Positions 13,363 through 26,411 of a stretch of DNA of 64,000 nucleotides are shown here, in pieces. Positions within the stretch are counted from its first letter, which is position 1. Each line of letters starts with the position of its first letter. Made by a program: the position numbers and the translations under genes. This DNA comes from Octopus sinensis (lineage: Eukaryota): NCBI RefSeq assembly GCF_006345805.1, contig NC_042997.1, forward strand, positions 173,538,001 to 173,602,000. The letters run 5' to 3'. The notes below the pieces were generated by a model. It saw nothing but the letters and a program-made list of their open reading frames with translations, was not told the origin of the DNA and did not search any database.

Positions 13363-13889
13363 TAGTTGAATGGACTACAAGTGCCCGCTACGATAAGTTT
13401 ACTACAAGCAGAGTGAGGGCAAGTGGAAATTAAGGACCAATTTCCTCTCTCACCCTATATTCAGTAAACTAATCTTACATTGTCTTTCCAGATTTTATTT
13501 ACACAACAGTTAGAAGTGTCACCTTCTTCAATGCCCTTCCTTTATAACTATATCTCTTTTCAGTGTCTCACTTCCCTCACAAATACTCTTTCTCTTTCTT
13601 CTCTCTCCTAGTTTCTATCTTTTCTCTTCTTCCTTTCTGTTTTACTCTCACCCCTCATTAATATATATATAGAGAGAGGGTGTTCGGGTTAAATTTGTCA
13701 GTTTGTATACTTCGAAAATATAAAACTTAATGAATCATACATTTCTTCTTTATAATGAAGTATAAGTGCATTTCTTACCATCTTTTCGTCCCTTCCTTCA
13801 TTCTCTCTATCTCTCTTCCTACCCCTGTAATGTTTTTCGTCATATTTCCATTTTCTTCTTATGTCTCCCTCCACAGCATCTGCCAATCA

Positions 13890-14226
13890 TTCTCACTCAC
13901 TCACTCATTCATTCACTCACTCACTCACACACTCACTCACTCACTCACTCATTCATTCACTCACTCACTCACTCACTCACTCACTCACTCACTCACTCAT
14001 TCATTCACTCACTCAATCACACACTCACTCACTCACTCACACACTCACTCACTCACTCACACACTCACTCACTCACTCACTCACACACTCACTCACTCAC
14101 TCACTCACTCACTCACACACTCACTCACTCACTCACTCGCACACTCACTCACTCACTCACTCACTCACTCACTCACTCACTCACACACTCACTCACTCAT
14201 TCACTCACTCATTCACTCACTCACTC
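13890..14226. repeat. (TCAC)n microsatellite, ~335 bp
   Basis: Directly visible; produces the HSLT-repeat false ORFs. Confidence 0.97.
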
Positions 14227-14729
14227 TACATCTTTACTTACGCAATAATATCTTATTAGACTATTACATTGACATCTGTATTTAAATGCTATACTCTTAA
14301 TACATGTCGCCTTGCTTTTACAATTTTTTAATAATTATATAATATTCACCAGTAAATTAAAAAAATAAAAATGTCATTTTTTTTTAGTAAACAACCCTAA
14401 GAAACCTGGACAAAACAACGGGGGAAAGCGACTATCGTTTTTGTACTGATATTGTTATCAATAACACTTCTTTATGTTCCGAATATTTTCCTTGTGTTTG
14501 TATATGTTGTGATACACATTCACACACATATATCACATGTTTAATGAATATCAACGAGTTCACGCATCTATTCGATTATAACTTGATCAACAACTATTTA
14601 ACTTTAGCTTCCATGGATTGGAAATAAAAATCGGCTTTCATCACTGTTTTGTATATGGATATAACATGATAAATATGTACTTTCTGGCAAGTTAAGTAGA
14701 CTTTTCAAAACTTTGAGGAAACGATTCAA

Positions 14730-15560
14730 GTTATTCTAAAAGAGCGTCAGAATAGCAAGAAAAACAGGTATATATTTTTAGAAGAATAATAAATATAATA
14801 ACAATTTCTGCAAAAGGTTCAAATTGCTTCTTATGAAACAGTTACACAAAATGAAGTCTCATATTTTGCTGGAGTTAATTATTTTGTCTGCAAAATGTTA
14901 AGACATTGCTAGAAGATTAAGCAGAACAAGAAACAAGTAAAATTCCTCTCTCAAATAATACACTTTGCAGACGCATCTTGGCACTGGTTATTTAAATCAA
15001 GCAAATTGTATGCTACAATATTCATATTATGCTTAGCAAGTTGATGAGACAGCAAGCAGACATTGCTAACAAAGCGCAAACTCTACAGACGATGAATACG
15101 CTTTTCATATCTTAAATAACTACCTGAAAAATTGTAATTATCATGGAAGTCATGTGCTGCTATTTGTATCGATGGAGTTCTTGTAACAGTAAAGTTGTAT
15201 GAAAGAGCTTACAAAGTTTGTAAAAAAAAACAAAAAAAAACCCCAAAATCAGGTTGATACTGCAAAACATTGTGTACTGAAGTCATTTTACAACCAAGTT
15301 GGTAAGTGGTTAATTATGTTAAAACCAAGATATTAAAGGCTCGTATATTTTAGAAAATATGTATTGACAGCAATTCGCAGAAGAATGGCTGTCAAGGTGG
15401 AAAGTGATCTGCGATGTGCATGAACTTAGAAAAAAAGCCATTTTGCATAGTTTGAAGAAGTATATAAAAAATCGTTTGTGTATATCTCCAATGAGAATTT
15501 TGTATTTCTAACCTGCAATATTTGACAAGCATATTTCAGCCCTTTATTAGCTTGAACAGG
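14730..15560 (+). pseudogene. Decayed hAT (Charlie/Buster, ZBED5-like) transposase
   Basis: PLSNNTLCRRI at 14945-14977 and YA*QVDET at 15028-15051 match Buster/Charlie motifs; many stops and frameshifts; boundaries approximate. Confidence 0.6.
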
Positions 15561-15795
15561 AATATGTCAGGTTAAAACTGAAAATAGCTAAAATCTCCTG
15601 ATAAACTAATATACTGTTAGTTAGTTTATCTAAATATTTATATATTTATTTAAATATTCAAAAGTTTCTCTAGATATTTACATATTTAACTGTTTACATA
15701 TTTAAATATTTTCTTAGTTTGTCTAAATAGTTTCCTTAAGATTCTATTGTAATACAACGTGATTTTATTTCTCAAGTGTTTAATGGCATCAAATA

Positions 15796-16279
15796 CCGTA
15801 AATCCTCGAGTATAATCCGTATTTTTCCCCAAAATTTAACGGTCAAAATCCCTAGTGCGTACTATACACGAGGTTAAAAATGAAATATAATTTCTAAGCA
15901 ATGTCCGAGTCTCTATTTGCTGTCCGGCAATGTTTATTTAGACGCATTTTGTGATGTCGAGCGCGAAAATACCTTAAGCTAAGACTGAAAGCAATGAAGT
16001 CATAAAAGAATCATCCATAACTTGCAGTAAGCAACATTTATTAAACATTATTACTGTTTTTTCTTTATTTTCTGCAAACAAAATGCACAAAAAAGCTACA
16101 CGTTTGCAGTATGTTATATATACAATAATAATAAAGGACGTTACCGTATACATTTTTACAAACCAAGTTAGAGAAGTGGTGTGTATTATACACAAAGTTT
16201 AGGTTTTTTCAGAAGTACAGCCCCCTAAAAATCCCCTGCGTATTATATTCAACGGCGGACTATACTCGAGGATTTACGG
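15796..16279. mobile_element. Tc1/mariner-superfamily (Tc2/pogo-like) MITE, 484 bp
   Basis: 24-bp TIR CCGTAAATCCTCGAGTATA(A/G)TCCG with 1 mismatch; TA TSD on both sides. Confidence 0.88.
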
Positions 16280-16597
16280 TATAGTCTGTGATAATTGCTT
16301 ATTGTATAGTCGCAAGAGAATGTCCATAACTCTTTTCAGAATCTTTAAGACTGGTGGTGGGGAGGCAGAAGTTATATATTTTCAGTTGATAACCAACGCA
16401 TGATATTTAATCATTTTAACTCTATTTATGGTACTTACAGAAGATTCTCTTCCGTCCAGGTTATTTTTTCTAGTTAAATAAGAATATATATCACCAGCCA
16501 CGGATGCATGTTCCGTAAGCTTTCTTATGTAAGTCAGTACAATAAGTGCTATTCGGTAAAACACAAATCAACTGGTTAAAGACATAGGAGGTTTAAA

Positions 16598-16809
16598 GGC
16601 GGCGAGCTGGCAGAAACGTTAGCACCCCAGGCGAAATATGTAGCCGTATTTCGTCTGCCGTTGCGTTCTGAGTTCAAATTCCGCCGAGGTCGACTTTGCC
16701 TTTCATCCTTTCGGTTTCGATTAAATAAGTACCAGTTAGGCACTTAATCTGTTTGCCTGTCCTTGTTTGTTCTCTCTGTGTTTAGCCCCTTGTGGGTAGT
16801 AAAGAAATA
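16598..16809 (+). mobile_element. SINE B monomer with internal deletion
   Basis: 13-bp TSD GACATAGGAGGTT (16581-16593) / GATATAGGAGGTT (16810-16822). Confidence 0.9.
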
Positions 16810-17103
16810 GATATAGGAGGTTCACTGGTGTTTGGCAATCTGCAACTCAAGGAGTATCCAGAATTAAAGAGGACTTCACCATCGTGTAAAATAACAATAA
16901 AAACAGGTGAATGGATTGTACGGTAAGCTGTTGGGCTGCGCTGTCCAGCCACACGTCGATATTTGCTCTTATGCAACACGGTGCAACCAGAAAGTTTGAG
17001 AGGGTCTCTGCAGTATTTTGTCGTATCGTAAATATGTTGAACTAATGAAATGATTGCAGATGCCGTATTATCAATTCGTTTGTTTCTATTTATAACACAT
17101 ACA

Positions 17104-17141
<38 letters not shown>

Positions 17142-17205
17142 CAGTGGGGAGAGGGAGAGAGATGTAGGTATGTAAATAGATATGTAAATAGGTATGTAAA
17201 TAGAA

Positions 17206-17436
17206 GGCGGCGAGTTGCCAGAATCGTTAGCGCGCCGGACGAAATGCTTAGCAGTATTTCGTCTACCGTTGCGTTCTGAGTTCAAATTCCGCCGAGGTCG
17301 ACTTTGCCTTTCATCCTTTTGGGGTCGATAAATTAAGTACCAGTTACGCACTGTGGTCGATGTAATCGACTTAATACCTATGTCTGTCCTTGTTTGTCCC
17401 CTCTATGTTTAGCCCCTTGTGGGTAATAAAGAAATA
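17206..17436 (+). mobile_element. SINE B monomer
   Basis: 14-bp TSD GGTATGTAAATAGA (17191-17204 / 17437-17450). Confidence 0.92.
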
Positions 17437-18442
17437 GGTATGTAAATAGATAGATAGATAAAGAGTCTGAATATATGACTATATTTCTAATGTCCTTCAG
17501 TTTTAGACAGTGTGTTCATGGAAATTTGGTTGCTACATCTACCAAGTCAAGTGCTTGCGTAAGAGCTTTCCTTCATTGTCTGGAAGTAAACTTTATTGCT
17601 GTTGTTGTGCAGTCGTAACCAAACAAAACTATTGTAAAACGTCTTTGTAATCCCATCATTTATAAAAACGAACGCTATATTTCAATAAGCATACCCTCTA
17701 CTTGACACGAAAGTATATGATTTGTGAGAATTTTGGCTACTACTTTCAGCAGCTTAAACAGTCAACTGTCAAGTTCCCTGTTTAGCAAAATCATGTGTCA
17801 ATGAAAAATGCTTTCTCTCACTTTCCTCCCCCTCCCTATCGCAGCCGTGTAACAGCTTCTATCTCATATCTTCAGTGAAGGTGGCTGAAGTAACAGGGTA
17901 GTGAGTTCGACGTTTGTCTTTCCAACGATATGAATTTCCACTTAGAGAAGGTGATAAAAATTTGTATAAGAGCGATTACGTTATCAGTATTACTACTGGA
18001 TTTGACTAGTTGTTAGCTTCATCAACCTATCCTTATTCATATTCGACTGTTCCCATCCTACCAACTTTCTGGTCTTATATCTAATTTAGAAATAATTATT
18101 CATAATATTATTTACATTCATTTCCTTACCAAAAAAACTTCTGACTCTTGGCGCCAACGTAGAGCTTTCTTAACCTGGGAGAAATAATAGCTACAACTCC
18201 CTTAAACATGTTTTCTGCCGACTTAAAAAAGAAGAAAAAGATGTGTTGGATAATGTGGTTCTATATAGACTGCGTCTCGTAAAATGTGACAGGCACACCT
18301 TTTGACTATGGAGCTTATTTAATCAGAGTTAGCCAAGGCTCAGCAACAAGTTTCTACTCCTTATTGCAAAATGTAACCTTATTTATTCTTTAATCTTAAT
18401 TTTTCAATACAAATTCTATATTTTCACTCTTAATTCTTTATT

Positions 18443-18844
18443 CGGATCTTTTCGGTTTGAACGGCAGTTTTTTCTAGCGGTGTCACCCATAATTATGACC
18501 CTAGTATCGATCTATTACATTTCAATCTGTTTTAGGGTTAGTTAGGGTTAGGGGTGGGGGGAAGGGTATCTGTTTTTCTTCACAAATGTAAATAAACCCA
18601 ATCTGTTTTTTAAACAAGGGACATATTCATATGGCACAGAATGTTTTTTTACCTCACTAGACATCACTGATTGGTTGAAATTGCAGAAATTGAAGAAAAA
18701 GAACAACAAATATCTTACAAACTATAGAATTTTCTCAAGAGAAAAAGATGTTTTATAAACACATTCTACCAGTATACGAAGTTAAAAAAATTTTAGTTAC
18801 CTAGAAATTATGTTAAAAACTGCCGTTCAAACCGAAAAGGTCCC
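18443..18844 (+). mobile_element. MITE with (G)GGATC termini and 6-bp TSD, copy 1
   Basis: ~28-bp TIR; TSD TTTATT (18437-18442 / 18845-18850); internal TTAGGG-like G-rich tract at 18532-18566. Confidence 0.88.
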
Positions 18845-19386
18845 TTTATTCCTATGCAAAGTAGATAAAGCCATGAATAAAAGAACTGGTCAAACCTACC
18901 CTCACACCTTTACCTCCCCTTAACATTATCCCATAAAACACCAGCACTATAAACACACTATAACGATTTTATGTTTATTGCAGCGCTGAAAAATAATCAC
19001 CTGTCTGACCTGAATTCATTGGGAAAGTTTTACACGCCAACTGGATTGAATTAGTGAGTTTTGGAGACCATTTCCGGTTTATATATAAACTCCTCCTGTA
19101 ACTCTTTTTGTTGTTTGTTGTTTTTGTTCGTGTTTTCTTTTCTTCTTTGTTAAAACATTTATGTCACCAGCTCTAATAGCTTTTCCCCATTTGTAAGAAA
19201 CGTTCTACTCAAGTTTATTATTATTTTTTCCACTCTATGAAGTATTGTTTGCAATTTAACGCGAACTTTCCTTTCTGTGTCCGTTTTCTGCTCTTGTGAA
19301 TACATCAATTTAGAAAAAAAACTTCCTGGTTCAAGTTAAACCTGGGTATAAACACTTACAGTCTTAAAAAGTGGCAAGCTGGCTAA

Positions 19387-19800
19387 GGCGGCGAGCTGGT
19401 AGAAACGTTAGCACGCCGGGCGAAATGCGTAGCCGTATTTCTTCTGCGTTACGTTCTGAGTTCAAATTCCGCCGAGGTCGACTTTGCCTTTCATCCTTTC
19501 GGGGTCGATTAAATAAGTACCAGTTACACACTGAGGTCGATGTAATCGACTTAATCCGTTTGTCTGTCCTTGTTTGTCCTCTCTGTGTTTAACCCATTGT
19601 GGGTTGTAAAGAAATAGGTATTTCGTCTGCCGCTACGTTCTGAGTTCAAATTCCGCCGAGGTCGACTTTGCCTTTCATCCTTTCGGGGTCGATAAATTAA
19701 GGACCAGTTACGCACTGGGGTCAATATAATCGACTTAGTCCGTTTGTTTGTCCTTGTTTGTCTCCTCTGTGGGTAGCCTCTTGTGGGCAGTAAAGAAATA
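19387..19800 (+). mobile_element. SINE B head plus two bodies (dimer)
   Basis: Junction AAGAAATA|GGTATTTCG at 19616/19617; 15-bp flanking repeat CACTTACAGTCTTAA (19353-19367 / 19801-19815). Confidence 0.9.
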
Positions 19801-20289
19801 CACTTACAGTCTTAACCGTTTGCATACCCTGTGTATCATGTAACACACTGGATATATTTCCCTGGAGTCTGAGCATCATATATGATATACATTCCTAATT
19901 TGTTTTCAACTGCCAGAGTAGGATTTCTGAAAAGAAAGCTTTATAGTACTCGAGACGTATGAAACAAGGACTAATTTAGAGTCTGAAAACAAGCCTTATG
20001 GACATTTAGGACAAATTTACGAAGGGGTTAAATAAGACACCTGACAACAACAAGAGAGCAAACTTATCAGAAGATCATGTGGTTGATGCGGTTTGTAACA
20101 TTTCGCTTAGCAGCCCTCAATCTGGAACTAGAGAACTCTAAACATACATACATACATACATACATACATACATACACACATACACACATACACACATACA
20201 TACATACATACATACACACATACTACATACATACATACATACATACATACATACATACTTACACACACACATGCACGCACACACTATAT

Positions 20290-20622
20290 CTTTTATCTTT
20301 TACTTGTTTCGGTCATTAGACTGCGGCCATGCTGGGGCTCCGCCTCGAAAAGGTTTAATCGAACGAATGGACCCCACTACATATTTTTAAAAACCTCTTA
20401 CTTATTCTGTCGATCATTTTTGCCGAACCACTAAGTTACGAGGACGTGAGCATACCTAAGTAAGTTGACAAGCGGTGGTAGGGGGACCAGCACAGACGGG
20501 CTTCTCTCAGTTTTCGTTCACCAAAACCCACTCACAAGGATTTGGCCGGCCAGGGCCTATAACAGAAGACATTGGACGCGGAACTATGTGGGTAAGAAGT
20601 AATGGTCTTACCACACAGCCAC
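20290..20622 (-). mobile_element. Degenerate composite SINE C-D
   Basis: Diverged match to other C-D copies. Confidence 0.7.
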
Positions 20623-21834
20623 AACTACAAATAATGAAAGCAATTATATATATATATATTTACATTACCTACTTTATATTTATATATACATATTTATATA
20701 CATGTAATATTTGTATATATGCCTTTCATATATTTAGCCAGTACACATACACATGATTGGCATTTCGTATTTTTGTTTATTTGCTTGGAAGAGTGACAGA
20801 AGCAAAATCTACACAAGAAAACAGAAAAAAGAACAAAAGGAAAAACAAAAAGAACTGCAAGAAAAAATAATTGTACAATAGCAACAAAATGAATAATAGA
20901 AAAGAAACACAATTTATTTGTGTTGTTCATATTTTATTTAGGTTTTTAGTGTTTTCTTTGCGTAGATTTTTTTTCTTCTTCTCTCTTCAAAATAGATAGA
21001 ATTTTATCATAGAATTATTAGCTGTTAGATCTCTTCCGGGTAGGAGTTTTGTATTTCAGTATTTTGTTTGGTGTAGGCGGCGAGGTGACAGAAGTATTTT
21101 GCCTGTCTTTATGTTCTGATTTCAAATTCCGTCGGGATCGATATAATTGACTTACCCCTCAAACGAAATTGATGGCCTTTTGTCAAAGCTTGAATCCAAT
21201 ATTTCGCTTAAGCGTAGCGATATGTGTGTTTGTGTGTGTTTGTGTGTGTGTTTGTGTGTGTGTGTTTGTGTGTGTGTATGTTTGTTACAATTAATCTGCT
21301 TGTTCTTCCGTTACCTAGCCCGTCCGTAACGCTTTCACGGGATTAGTTGAAGGGGTGAGGAAGTGGAAGGTGGGAATGAAGAGAAGGAGTGTGAAGGGTG
21401 GAGTAGTATTGAGGGAGATGGAGTGGAGAGAGTGGGAAGCAGAGTGGAGAGGAGGGAAGGGCGAGGTGGTGGTGAGTGAAATGTGTAATTTATTTTTTGA
21501 ACTAAGTTTTTTCCTCCGTTACTTAGCCCATCTATAACGCTTTTACTTGTGATTAGATGAAGGGAAAGGCGAAAAGCGATAGAAAAAACGAGGGTAAGGC
21601 GAAGAGTGAAAGAGAAAGTGGGAGAGTGCTGTATATTAAGTCTATAAAATTGTGCATAACATGTATAAAGTGTATATATAAAGTACGTTAAGTAATCATC
21701 GTACTCCAATTTCTTTCACTTTTGAATGAGTAGCTGATGAGCGACTATTTTTGATACAGACATAAAGCAGGCTACGCTTTCAGGTTTACAATTAATTCTG
21801 TGAAATATTCACGGGTCTTGCTAGTATATATAAA

Positions 21835-22055
21835 GGCGGCGAGCTGACAGAGACGTTAGCACGCCGGGCGAAATGCGTAGCCGTATTTTGTCTGCCGCTA
21901 CGTTGTGAGTTCAAATTCCGCCGAGGTCGACTTTTCCTTTCATCCTTTCGGGGTCGATTAAATAAGCACCAGTTACGCACTGGGGTCGATATAATCGACT
22001 TAATCCGTTTGTTTGTCCTCTCTGTGTTTAGCCCCTTGTGGGTAGTAAAGAAATA
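21835..22055 (+). mobile_element. SINE B monomer
   Basis: Consensus match; TSD unclear. Confidence 0.88.
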
Positions 22056-22680
22056 TATATGAATTCTTTTATTCTTTTACTTCTTTCAGTCATTGAATTG
22101 TGGCCATGCTGGAGCACCACCCTGTTTGTGCGAGTGCGTGTGCGTGTGCGTGTGTGTGTGTAATAGGAGGATTGAAGTATTGCTAACTAACGAAATCTGT
22201 GAGCCTGTCGAGCATATAGTTTCTCATTTAAATTATATAGCATTTGCTCGATTAAAGGCGGTGCTCCAGCATGGCCGCAGTCAAATGACTGAAACAAGTA
22301 AAAGAAAAGAAAGAAAGAATTACATTAAACTTATGTGTGTTGCTATTTTACAGATAAGTAGACTGAGAAAGCAAGTCGGTACAGCAGAGAGAACCAATGG
22401 ATGCAGATAGGAACTTCACTTCAATAGAAAACTCGCCTCCTTATCATTTCTACAAACCTTCAATAGCATGATTTATCGTAATACTCATTGGATTATATGA
22501 AGCCGCTCCCATGAAAGATAACGAAAACTTATGTGAGTCTGCCGCTATCAATAAACTCTGAAATTAATTTTAAACAAGCCTAACGCTATTTTAAGAGTTA
22601 ACAGAGGACACACATACATATACATCAACTGGGTCTTACAAACAGCATATTTCGGATAAAATTAATAAACACCATTAAGT

Positions 22681-23000
22681 GGCAATCCGTCGATCACGAC
22701 GATGATGGTTCCAGCAGATCCGATCAACAGAACAGCCTGTTCGTGAAATTAACGTACAAGTGGCTGAGCACTCCACAATCACACGTGTACCCTTAATGTA
22801 GTTGTCGGGGATATTCAGCGTGTCACAGAGTGTGGACAAGGCTGGCCCTTTGAAATACTACTAATTTTTGCAAGTTTGGTGGACTAGAGCAACGTGAAAT
22901 AAAGTGTCTTGCTCAAGGACACAACGCGTCGCCAGGAATTGAACTCACGACCTTACGATTGTGAGTCGAATTCCCTAACCACTAAGCCACGCGCCTTCAC
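22681..23000 (-). mobile_element. Chimeric SINE: family E head plus family A tail
   Basis: 22860-23000 matches the head of 3404-3744; 22681-22860 matches the tail of 7197-7580. Confidence 0.8.
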
Positions 23001-23033
23001 ATATACAATTACAACCTGGTATTTAGTAAAGAG

Positions 23034-23263
23034 GGCGGCGAGCTGGCAGAAACGTTAGCACGCCGGGCGAAATGCTTAGCGGTATTTCGTCTGCGTTACG
23101 TTGTGAGTTCAAATTCCGCCGAGGTCGTCTTTGCCTTTCATCCTTTCGGGGTCGATAAATTAAGTACCAGTTACGCACTGGGGTCGATGTAATCGACTTA
23201 ATACCTATGTCTGTCCTTGTTTGTCCCCTCTGTGTTTAGCCCCTTGTGGGTAATAAAGAAATA
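23034..23263 (+). mobile_element. SINE B monomer
   Basis: 13-bp TSD GGTATTTAGTAAA (23018-23030 / 23264-23276). Confidence 0.92.
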
Positions 23264-24031
23264 GGTATTTAGTAAATATAATTTTACTCTCACTGTGAAT
23301 ATGGATCCCATGATAATATCCAAGAAGCTTAGGACAACAAGTTGAAAAGAGCGAATAGAATAGTTTCCACTACCGTTAAAAGTTAAACTGACATTCTTTT
23401 ATTTCCTCTCGATTGTTGAAAATTATATGATTATATTGAAACATGCGGGCACATGGAGGTTAATATTCTTGAATTGGTAAACCTGGAAAAGTACAGGAAA
23501 GCATATTTATGCTTAAAATATTGCAGCTATAGTTAAAATTTAAAAATATATTTAGATTTAAAAACTAAAAATAATAGCTTTAATTAGCTACTCTATAATA
23601 ATAAAATTAACTCAAATAATAAATTTAAGGCTAACTGTCAGCAAAAAATATAAAAAATTTCAATAGCCCCATTTATAGGGCTATTGAAAATTTTCAATTA
23701 CAAGTGTTTAGAACTACTAAAAGTTCGTCAGTAGTATTCAATTGAAATTCCATTTTTACTAATCTTTTTTATAGAAATTGGCACACTATAATTCATTGAT
23801 AAAGACACCACAAGGCTGGTCTTCTGGAAATTTCAAAGAAGGAAAGTTCAATTGAAACCTTTATGGTAGGGTTGAAGTTTAGGGGAGAGTACTGTGATAT
23901 TTTCCGGAGAAGGCGGTACTCTTACTAATCATATTTTTTGAGGGGTTGCAGTTGAAAGGTCCGCATTCTGGATGCTAGCAATGCATACAACCGTTGAAAC
24001 ACACTCTATTGGCTATAAAATGTATGAATAT

Positions 24032-24466
24032 GGGATCTTTTCGGTTTGAACTGCAGTTTTTAACATAATTTCTAGGTAACTAAAAAATTTTAAACTTCGT
24101 ATACTGGTAGAATGTGTTTATAAAACATCTTTTTCTTTTGGCTTTATTGAGAAAATTCTATAGTTTGTAAGATATTTGTTGTTCTTTTTCTTCAATTTCT
24201 GCAATTTCAACCAATCAAATACGTCTATTGAGGTAAAAAAACATTCTGTGCCGTATGAATATGTCCCTCGTTTAAAAAACAGATTGGGTTTATTTACATT
24301 TGTGAAGAAAAAAGATACCCTTACCCCCACCCCTAATCATAACCCTAACTAACCCAAACCCTAAGACAGATTGAAATGCAGTAGATCGATACTAGGGTCA
24401 TAATTATGGGTGACAATTTCATATGACACCGCTAGAAAAAACTGCCGTTCAAACCGAAAAGATCCC
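24032..24466 (-). mobile_element. MITE with GGGATC termini and 6-bp TSD, copy 2
   Basis: Reverse-orientation copy of 18443-18844; TSD GAATAT (24026-24031 / 24467-24472). Confidence 0.9.
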
Positions 24467-24888
24467 GAATATGTTATACATTATAGTATTCGCTATAAAA
24501 TGATATTGGCTATAAAATGTATGAATATGTTCTATATTATAGCAAGGAAAGAAAACTCTGTTAACACGCAAGTCATTTGATCGTCTTTTTTACTGAATTC
24601 AGTCACATTTGTTTTGCAATGTTTTCTCCTCCTAATTTTTTTTTTGTTTTGTCCTTAAAACAATGGGCACCTTTTGATTAATCTGACACATGAAAAATCT
24701 CTTTAAAATATCTAGGCGTGTATTAATACTGGAAACCTTATTTACATTAAATCTGAAGTAAATAATACACTGTATATACTGAAACTGTTTATTCATTATC
24801 TAATCACCAAAACCATTTGTTTGAGAATCAGAATGTATGTAGCCTACAAATTTTAGAATTTAAGCAAACAAAAGAATATAATACTTGA

Positions 24889-24920
<32 letters not shown>

Positions 24921-25131
24921 GCATACATACACACGTACATCGTTTTATTGTTTTTATTTAACTGTCTAAATCTAGTTTGTGTAACTCAAAAAAACGTCGC
25001 AAAATATAATGCAGTGATAGTGTAATGTTAAGAGGCATTGTGGCTTCGTCAGATGTCTATACTATAAGGGCGTGGCGAAGTGAGAGAATCGCTAACGCGT
25101 CAGATATAATGCATTGCGGTATTTAATAACT

Positions 25132-25546
25132 GGCGGCGAGCTAGCAGAATCGTTAGCACGTCGGGCGAAATGCTTAGCGGTATTTCGGCTGCCGTTACGT
25201 TGTGAGTTCAAATTCCGCCGAGGTCGACTTTGCCTTTCATCCTTTCGGGGTCGATAAATTAAGTACCAGTTAAGCACTGGGGTCGATATAATCGACTTAA
25301 TACCTATGTCTGTCCTTGTTTGTTCCCTCTGTGTTTAGCCCCTTGTGGGTAATAAAGAAATAGGTATTTCGGCTGCCGTTACGTTGTGAGTTCAAATTCC
25401 GCCGAGGTCGACTTTGCCTTTCATCCTTTCGGGGTCGATAAATTAAGTACCAGTTATGCACTGGGGTCGATGTAATCGACTTAATACCTATGTCTGTCCT
25501 TGTTTGTCTCCTCTGTGTTTAGCCCCTTGTGGGTAATAAAGAAATA
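25132..25546 (+). mobile_element. SINE B dimer nested in an older B2 SINE (25069-25717)
   Basis: Internal junction at 25362/25363; TSD GGTATTTAATAAC (25118-25130) / AGTATTTAATAAC (25547-25559); the flanks join into a degenerate B2 element. Confidence 0.88.
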
Positions 25547-26227
25547 AGTATTTAATAACGGTTCATTACGTTCTGAGTTCAAATCCCATCGTGGTCAATT
25601 TTGTATTTCATCTTTCCTGAATCGTTAAAATAAAGTCCCTGTCAAAATGGGGAAGGCAGTATAATCGACTATTCACCATCCTCAAATTTCAGGACAAGTG
25701 TTTCATGTTAGAAATCAACGGTGCGTGATTAACAGAATTTTAAGAATGTCGAATAAAATATCTCGAGCTATCTAGGGACGGATCTTTATATTCTGAGTTC
25801 AAGTCATGCCGAGTTTGTCTGTGATTTTTATTCTTATAGATTTGATAAAAAGAGAACTTGATTACAGTCAAGTACTTGGGTCGGTATAATCAATTATGCT
25901 CCTCCCCCGAATATGAAGTATTTAGGCACTGTATTTCTAATCAATATTATGAAAGTGCATTGGATTATTAGTAATACGAAAGGAATTTACCATCTATTTC
26001 TAGTAGTTCTGTTGACTATGTAGAAGCTCTGTCACGGCAGGATCAGTAGAGCTGGTAAGCTTAACGAATTGTTTCGTCTCTCTTTCGATTAAATTCAATT
26101 CCAGTATACCTGTAAATAGGTATATCAACAGATTGCTATTTCAGCCTTATTATATGAGTTGATGCCTATCGCTGTATATTACTGGTATTTCATCACAACT
26201 ACTAGTGATATTCTGAGCAGTTTTAAG

Positions 26228-26411
26228 CAACGAGCTGGCAGAATCGTTTGCACTCCGTGTAAAATGCTATGTGGCATTTCACCCGGTTTAAAGTTCTTAG
26301 TTCAAATTCCTCCGAGGTCGACTTTACATTTCCAGTTGAACACTCAGGTTGATGTATCCGACTTACCCCCTCCCCCGAAATTGCTGGCCTTTTACAAAAA
26401 TTTTGAAATCA
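26228..26411 (+). mobile_element. SINE B2
   Basis: 19-bp TSD ATATTCTGAGCAGTTTTAA (26208-26226 / 26412-26430). Confidence 0.85.

Noticed and set aside
18532-18566. TTAGGG repeats as an interstitial telomere or chromosome fusion site
   Set aside because: There are only about three degenerate units, and they are internal to a MITE present twice in the window.
19387-25546. Regularly recurring B-SINE segments suggestive of a CRISPR-like array
   Set aside because: There is no repeat-spacer periodicity and no cas genes, the context is eukaryotic, and the pattern is explained by SINE dimers with TSDs.
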